Origin: Eledone cirrhosa
Taxonomy: Eukaryota
DNA: 64,000 bases
Direction: 5' to 3'
NCBI GenBank assembly: GCA_964016885.1
Contig: OZ024757.1
Location: 15,252,001 to 15,316,000 of the forward strand
Shown: positions 56,727 to 64,000 of the stretch, in pieces
Position numbering within the stretch: the stretch's first letter is position 1
Layout: each line of letters starts with the position of its first letter
Translations under genes and position numbers: made by a program
The notes under the pieces: generated by a model
Seen by the model: only the letters and a program-made list of their open reading frames with translations
What the model was told of the DNA's origin: nothing
The model's database searches: none

Positions 56727-57363
56727 CTGGAAAAGAAATGACAATTTTTCATGAATCCAATTGTATATATATATATAGAGAGAGAGATTTTGAGTATATG
56801 TTGGTTGTATACCAACACCTCAGTATGCAGGCTGGAGCACTCGACGAAGTGCGCAGGTTGGTTTGGTTACTCCGGAGTAATGTAAAATAAAGTTAAATAA
56901 AAAGTTAAATAAAAAGTCAAATGTTTAAAATTTAGCTTCGTCAATAAACGAAGCTAAATTTTAAACATTTGACTTTTTATTTAACTTTATTTTATATAAA
57001 TATCATCATCATCATCATCATCATCAACGTTTAACGTCCGTGTTCCACGCTTGCATGGGTTTGGACGGGGGTAGTCCCACTTGAGGCAAGAGTGATTTTC
57101 TTGCTCGCATAGGACTGTCTGGCAGGTTTTCTGCAGTTGGATGCCCTTCCTAGCACCAACCACATTTACAGTGTGGGTCTGAGAGGTTTTTACCGTGTTG
57201 CCTACACGGCCACATCACAGCGTGGACTATGTGTATTTTTGTCGTGACACCTACACGATCTCATTTGTTTCGGCCTGGATGGCGCGGCACCAACATAACT
57301 TTACATAGAACGGGGTGGTGTGGATGGGGTGGGGGTGGTGGTGGTGGGACGGGGTGTATTTTG

Positions 57364-60300
57364 TTAGAGATGCCTACTGGCAAGGCGGGTCTTCTCTATT
57401 ACTGAGTACCGCCAAAGGTCTCGGTCCAGTGACATTGTCTTGGTGAGGTGTAAGTGTGTGAGGTCGGAGTTTATCAGCTCGTCCCAGGTTTTTCTGGGTC
57501 TGCCTATTCCGTGGCTACCGTCTATCTTTATTGCCCTGCACTTTGTTATACAGCTATCATCCTTCATGCGCATCACGTGGCCATACCAACGTAGCCTTCT
57601 CTCTAGTAAACAACATCTGATCCCTCTTATTTCTAATTTTTTCCTTAGTTCGTTTATGCTTTGTCGTTCACGTATATTACTATTACACATCCAGCGGAGC
57701 ATGCAAGCTTCGTTTCTCTCTAGTCTGCGTATATCCTCTGCACACAATGCCCAGGTCTCACTGCCATGCAACATTGCTGTTCGTATGCAGGCATCGTACA
57801 GCCTGCCTTTCATTTTTAGGGAGAACCCTTTAGCGGCTAATAGTGGTATAAGCTCTCTGAACTTTTTCACCCAGTTCTGACTCTAGCTACTGTACTTTCA
57901 GAGCACCCTCCCCCACTGCTGATTTTGTCACCCAGGTAACGGAAGCTGTCCACTATTTCTATAGAACCCTCTGCGCAGTTGAAAGAGCTAGTATTTTGTG
58001 GGCACTTGCTGCTACTTATATCCCCAGAACACCGGCCACATGTAAAATCTATGTTCTTAGTTAGCTTACCTGTGATCCCACTACATCTTTTATGCACCCA
58101 AACTTTGCATTTGGGACACAAAATGGAATTTCTACCTACGCCTTTCCTACACTCTGCGCATGGCCACTTCCCGGAGGGGACCGCCGCCTTATTTTCTTTC
58201 TTACAAACTAGAACTTTAGTCTTAGCTAGGTTAATTTTAAGGCCTTTTGATTCTAGGCCGTGCTTCCATGTTTGGAATTTCTTCTCTAGCTCGGCCATTG
58301 ATTCAGCTATGAGCGTTAGATCATCTGCGTATAGGAGTTCCCATGGGCAGCCGGTCTTGAACTCCACTGTTATAGCCTGGAGGGCAATAATAAATAGTAG
58401 GGGGCTAAGAACTGAGCCCTGACGAACACCAACTTTTACACTAAACTCTTCACTATATTCGTTGTTAATTCTAACCTTGCTAACTGTTTCTTTATACATG
58501 GCTTGTATAGCTCTCACAAGCCATTCATCAACACCTAGTTTTCTAAGAGCCCACCAGATAATGGAATGGGGGACTCTGTCGAAGGCCTTCTCCAAGTCGA
58601 CGAAAGCTAAGTATAGGGGTTTACTTTTAGCTAGGTACTTCTCCTGTAGTTGTCGTACAATGAAAAGAGCGTCTGTGGTACTTTTTCCTGACACAAACCC
58701 GAACTGCATTTCATCTAGATCAATTCGCTCTCTGATTAGTTGCGCTATAACTTTTTCCGTGACCTTCATGACCTGGTCGATTAATTTAATGCCTCTATAG
58801 TTACTCCTATCTAGGGCATCTCCTTTACCCTTATAACAGTTAACGATAATGCTGCTGCGCCAGTCCTTCGGAACAACCCCATTCTGTATGACTTGGTTGA
58901 CTATCCGGGTGACCATGGTGTGTCCCACCGTACCAGATGCCTTCAGCATCTCGGCAACTATTTCCGAAGGCCCAGCCGCCTTGCCTGTCTTCATATCTTT
59001 GATTGCCTTACTTATTATACTACCCTCGACTAACACTGCTGGTCCCTCTATTGGGTCGATGTGGGGGAGACTGTCTTTCTCCCATTTATTCTCCTCATTT
59101 AGTAGCCTTTCATAGTGACACTTCCAAGATACCTTCTTATCGGCGTCGGTGATGGCAAGTATGCCGTCATCGTTAAGTACACACTTCTCCCCGACAATAT
59201 CACTGTTTTCCTTGACACATTGCCTAGCAATCCTGAACACCTCACGTTTTTGGTCATCGCGTTGTAGAACATGCTTGAACTTTCTTTCCTCTGCTTCCCT
59301 TCTTGCGAAGTACACTTGTCTCCTAGCTTCCCTCCTGGCCACTTGATAGTCTTCTCTGCTTCCCCCATCCCGCCATACTTTCCAAGTCTGCTTTTTGGCC
59401 TTAATTGACCCCTCCACCTTACTGTTCCACCACCATGTTACTCTCCTCCTGCCTACAGGCCTGCTCCAGCCACAGACTTCGTCTGCCGCCGTCAGCAGGT
59501 TTGCTTTCAGGAATTCCCACTGTTCCTCTACTTTGTACGTCTCTATTTGCTCTTCCTCACTGTCGAAAGCATCAAGTAATATGCTTTGGAATTTATTTTT
59601 GGCTGTGGGGTCCTTTAGCTTCCATATTTTTCTCCTGAGGATAGTCCTCTTCTGTTGTCTAGTACGTCTCGTCCTGACTATTAGGTTGCTAATTATCAGT
59701 CTATGTTGGGAAGTGCATTCTTCATGGGGGAGGGATTTAGTGTTTACGACAGTCACTTTGTCACGTCTTCTGGTAAGGATATAATCTACCTGGCTAGTAT
59801 GTTCCCCTGATCTGTAGGTGATCAAGTGATTGTCTCGTTTTTTGAAGTTAGTGTTGCAGATAGTTAGGTTATTTGCGTCGCAGAATTCCAGGATTCTGGA
59901 GCCTTCCTCATTTCTAGTACCAAACCCATAGCCTCCATGGATTTCGTCGTAGCCGTCACAATGTTGTCCAACGTGACCGTTTAGGTTGCCTGCAATAATT
60001 ATATAGTCACTGTCGGTTATTTGGGAGGTAGTGAGCATCAGTGTCTCATAGAATCTGTCTTTTATAGTGCCGGGCAGTCCGGATTGGGGTGCGTACGCGG
60101 ATATTACTGTCACCGTAGTTCTATTGAGGACAAGTCTTATTTTAATTATTCTGTCGTTCACTCTATTTACGTCTATTATCTTATCTGCCCACTTTTCTGC
60201 TACCATGATTCCTACTCCACCCAGCCCATTGTCGTTTCCCACCCAGAAAAGCTTATAGCATCGTTTTCTACCCACAATGTATCTAGCAGATTCACCCCTC

Positions 60301-60605
60301 CACCTGGTCTCTTGGATACAACAAACATCGACCTCCTTACATTCAAGCATTTCTACAACCTCGTTAGAGCGACCCTTTAAGGTGCCTACATTCAAGGTAC
60401 CAAATCTGAAGTTTTGGATTGCGTTTGGGGGGTTGGAAAGGTGGGGAGCGGGGGGAGATGGGGTTATGTTAGCCATCCGCGGCCGAAACAAAGAGGCATG
60501 CTCGCATTTTCGTCCTCGAGGTGTGATTGTCTTTAACTTTGGCATTGTCGCTGAGCGTCCAGATTTTTCTCTCTTCAACTGTCCGGAACTCCGTAGTCCT
60601 TCCAT
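57364..60605 (-). pseudogene. RTE ORF (AP endonuclease, reverse transcriptase, Cys/His finger, C-terminal RLRWYGHV) split by one frameshift at ~57870
   Basis: Motifs GTLNV, IQETRW, SAYAPQ, SQHR, NYRGIKL, FVDLEKAFD, QGSVLSP, YADD, RRLRWYGHV, GRPRKTW. ORFs 57867-60605 and 57364-57870 join by restoring one G (TG->TGG). Confidence 0.9.
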
Positions 60606-60721
60606 CCTACATATCGAAGGCGACCAGGTAAACGATAGTATAGGCCTCTGGCTTATGATTGGTCCACGTAATAATAATGGTGGTGTGTGGGGGCGGGAGG
60701 GAGGGGTGTTGAGTTGTGAGC

Positions 60722-61386
60722 GAGAAGATAGGTTTTAAGTGAGAACCCCGTATTAACGAACAAAAATACAAGATTTGTTTAGTAAATATACGACAAAAAC
60801 TCCGTATTTTTACAATCATGACAGAAATACAAGAGATTTGTTTTGGAAAATACATGGGGAATGGAAAGAGGATAGAAAAAATGCTGTTGGAAGGGCTGAC
60901 TACGGAGTTAGGCGTATGTTAGAAGAGGTGGAAAAATGAGTACATTACATTTTAACCATGAATGGATGAAGTTACAGCCACAAGTTTGGCGAAAGTGAAT
61001 TACTTTGTCTTATATATGTATCTGGGTTGGGTAGAGAGAGAGAGAGAGGGTGGGTGGTGGTGGTGATTTGACCGCATGTTGTAGAGTGTGGTGGATGGGA
61101 AGGAGATATTAAGGAGCGGGAATAAGAGTTTGAAATAGTAACATATATTGAAATATTGTTAAGAGTTTGAAGTAACAAATATATTTAAAATATTTGTATA
61201 TGAGAAGATAGGTTTTAAGTGAGAACCCCGTATTAACGAACAAAAATACAAGATTTGTTTAGTAAATATACGACAAAAACTCCGTATCTTTACAATCATG
61301 ACAGAAATACAAGAGATTTGTTTTGGAAAATACATGGGGAATGGAAAGAGGATAGAAAAAATGCTGTTGGAAGGGCTGACTACGGA
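60722..61386. repeat. Two ~185-bp near-identical direct repeats (60722-60906, 61202-61386) in the LINE 5' region
   Basis: gagaagataggttttaag...gggctgactacgga occurs twice, nearly identically. Confidence 0.9.
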
Positions 61387-61400
61387 ATATATAATTATAT

Positions 61401-61573
61401 AATATAATTATTCCATTAATAAAGGTTTCAATAATTACACGATCCTTACAGAACCGTCTAGCCTGTTCATCAGATGAAATAGTTAACAATTTCATCTGAC
61501 TGATGAATGGGCTGGACGTTTCTGTACGGACCATCTAATTTCTTGAAACCTTTGGTAATGGAATAATTATATT
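61401..61573. repeat. Diverged foldback with a hammerhead-like motif in each arm (61409-61481 -, 61489-61564 +)
   Basis: Stem I TATTTCAT/ATGGAATA, CTGATGA, GAAACC-TTT-GGTA. Stem II poorly formed and each arm has a defect. Confidence 0.6.
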
Positions 61574-61660
61574 GTGTTGCTTATTATGTAATTAAATAGC
61601 TCTGTACAATACATAGAGCACTCTTCTCTCCTTTACTTTTTCTACGGAGATACTTAACAC

Positions 61661-61706
<46 letters not shown>

Positions 61707-61914
61707 GAAAATGTGTAGATATGAGAGATAAAAAGATACATGTGATACTGGTACTTTATTTTATCAACCCCTTAAGAGTGAAAGGCAAAGCTAATCTCAG
61801 TGGAATTTGAACCCAGAACGTAAAGGGCCATAAGTATATATGCTGCAAAGCCTGTTGTCAGATGCTCTACTGATACTGCCAATCCACTGCCCTGTTAGAG
61901 ACAGAAATAATAAT

Positions 61915-62260
61915 TCCTCTCACCCAGTCACTTTCATCCTCCCTCAAAACATGACCCAGCCATCTCATTCGATTTCTCTTCCCAACATTCATCACTGGTT
62001 CTATTTCTCTCACCCAGTCAGGTTCATCCTTCCTCAACACATGACCCAGCCATCTCATTCGATTTCTCTTTACAACATTCATCACTGGCTTTATTCCATT
62101 CACCAAGTTATTTTCATCCAACCATCTCATTCCATTTCTCTTCACAACCTTCAACACTGGCTCTATTCCCATCCCTCCCAGTCACTTCCTTCCACCCTCA
62201 ACACATGACTCAGCCATCTCATTCTATTTCTCTTCACAACATCTATCGCTGGATCTATTC
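61915..62260 (-). repeat. Tandem ~81-bp repeats derived from a LINE C-terminal coding segment
   Basis: Repeated VKRNRMRWLGHVLRKDE peptide. Confidence 0.7.
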
Positions 62261-62382
62261 TCATCCTTCATATGCAATTCCTTGTTTTTATCTCTTTCTC
62301 TCTCTCTGTGTGAAACCCCACCCCTCCACTGGGCCATTTTCATTCTGCTACCCTCAGCAATGAAATTGTATTATCTATTTAC

Positions 62383-62487
62383 CATGGTTCGGAGGAACAA
62401 GAAGATCTACAATTTTTTTGCCATGTACGGGCCAGACTCGTTTGATAACCTCTCGCATTTCTTCGTCTTTTCTATCCATTTCATCAG
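62383..62487 (-). CDS. Cav2: Cav2 exon, pre-IQ: DEMDRKDEEMREVIKRVWPVHGKKIVDLLVPPNH
   Basis: Acceptor tttttttacag, donor gtaaat, 105 nt, phase 1->1, in frame with both flanking exons. Matches Cav2 EEMD..DEE.R..I..IWP...KK..DLLVPP. Confidence 0.95.
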
Positions 62488-62811
62488 CTGTAAAAAAAGG
62501 AAAATATTCAATATAAAATCAACATCAGCAACACTTTTTAAAAAATTACCCACACCTACTCTCCCATTTAAAATTTTAAATACCATATTTGCTGGCCTAT
62601 TGAATACCCCTTTATATAAGGACATCATCATCATCATCATCATCACTGTTTTACCTCACTGTTTCCACACTAGCATGGGTTAAGCAACCAGAAAGCCTAC
62701 CTACCAGTCAGTCTGTCAACTGGCCAGCCAACCACTACCCAGCCAGCAAACCAAATAGCTAGGTCACCAGCCAGCAAGCCAGCTCTGATGAGATATTACT
62801 GTACTTGTATT

Positions 62812-62842
<31 letters not shown>

Positions 62843-62964
62843 GGGGAGATATATATATATATATATGTAGAGAGAGAGAGAGAGAGAGAGAGTGACAGAG
62901 AGAGAGAGAGAGTGACAGAGAGAAAGAGAGAGAGAGAGATCTGTGGAATGGAGTTTGTACTTAC

Positions 62965-63070
62965 TCGAACTTATTTTTATTGACAATGATTCTCGAACTA
63001 AAGCAAAAAGGGTTGTTGAAAAGTGTACCGTCCCGTCTTCAATTACTGGCATATTCATTCGTATTAATTT
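62965..63070 (-). CDS. Cav2: Cav2-type calcium channel alpha-1 exon, post-EF-hand: KLIRMNMPVIEDGTVHFSTTLFALVRESLSIKISS(T)
   Basis: Acceptor ttctgcag, donor gtaagt, 106 nt, phase 0->1. Peptide matches the invertebrate Cav2 (cacophony/UNC-2) motif KLIRMNMP..DGTVHFTTTLFALIRESLSIK as recalled. Confidence 0.95.
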
Positions 63071-63099
63071 CTGCAGAATAGAGAAACACATTGATGGTA

Positions 63100-64000
63100 A
63101 AATGTGGGGATTGGCTTATATATATAGTGTATATACTTGAATATAAGATGAGTGATATGTGGGGGTTGGCTTACATATATACAATCAATATATACTTGAA
63201 TATAAGCAGAGGGATATGTGAGGTTGGCTTACATATATACAATCAATATATACTTGAATATAAGATGAGGGATATGTGGGGTTGGCTTACATATATACAA
63301 TCAATATATACTTGAATATAAGCAGAGGGATATGTGAGGTTGGCTTACATATATACAATCAATATATACTTGAATATAAGATGAGGGATATGTGAGGTTG
63401 GCTTACATATATACAATCAATATATACTTGAATATAAGATGAGGGATATGTGGGGTTGGCTTACATATATACAATCAATATATACTTGACTATAAGATGA
63501 GGGATATGTGAGGTTGGCTTACATATATACAATCAATATATACTTGAATATAAGTTGAGGGATATGTGGGGGTTGGCTTACATATATACAATCAATATAT
63601 ACTTGAATATAAGATGAGGGATATGTGGGGTTGGCTTACATATATACAATCAATATATACTTGAATATAAGCAGAGGGATATGTGGGGTTGGCTTACATA
63701 TATACAATCAATATATACTTGAATATAAGATGAGGGATATGTGGGGTTGGCTTACATATATACAATCAATATATACTTGAATATAAGATGAGGGATATGT
63801 GGGGTTGGCTTACATATATACAACAATATATACTTGAATATAAGCTGAGGGATATATGGGTTGGCTTACATATATACAATCAATATATACTTGAATATAA
63901 GATGAGGGATATGTGGGGTTGGCTTACATATATACAATCAATATATACTTGAATATAAGCAGAGGGATATGTGGGGTTGGCTTACATATATACAATCAAT
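63100..64000 (+). repeat. 58-bp tandem satellite running off the window end
   Basis: Unit atatacttgaatataagatgagggatatgtggggttggcttacatatatacaatcaat, ~15 copies. Confidence 0.95.

Larger units (their letters stand above)
57003..61386 (-). mobile_element. Near full-length RTE-clade non-LTR retrotransposon (LINE)
   Basis: GC-richer 4.4 kb block with a single APE+RT ORF. 3' UTR ends in a (GAT)n tail at ~57003-57025. 5' region has two ~185-bp direct repeats. Confidence 0.93.

Noticed and set aside
57440-60738. Plus-strand ORFs overlapping the LINE
   Set aside because: Antisense shadows of the RTE coding sequence.
60722-61386. Direct repeats read as LTRs
   Set aside because: No TG...CA termini, PBS or internal gag/pol. 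They fit the LINE 5' region.

Overview
Very AT-rich, microsatellite-laden animal DNA. The repeat landscape (huge (TA)n/(CA)n tracts, tRNA-derived SINEs, RTE LINEs) looks like an octopus or other coleoid cephalopod; this is inference, not a database match. The window lies inside the 3' part of a minus-strand Cav2-type voltage-gated calcium channel alpha-1 gene. Three exons (62965-63070, 62383-62487, 56617-56726) splice in frame and encode the post-EF-hand, pre-IQ and IQ region. The following ~56 kb has no recognisable constitutive exon, but holds a 144-nt acidic exon and several candidate phase 0-0 microexons. A near full-length RTE LINE lies in the intron upstream of the IQ exon, with one frameshift and an endonuclease GDxN->GNxN change. 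Main observations: (1) about a dozen hammerhead-ribozyme-like motifs of Penelope type, many in foldback palindromes beside (TA)n tracts, including U3-A8 covariant cores. (2) A possible microexon cassette array just after the IQ domain. (3) Genomic A at conserved Cav2 positions where A-to-I editing would restore the consensus residue. (4) A SINE family and a 48-bp satellite that share sequence with the resident LINE's 3' UTR. Most ORFs in the track are microsatellite translations.
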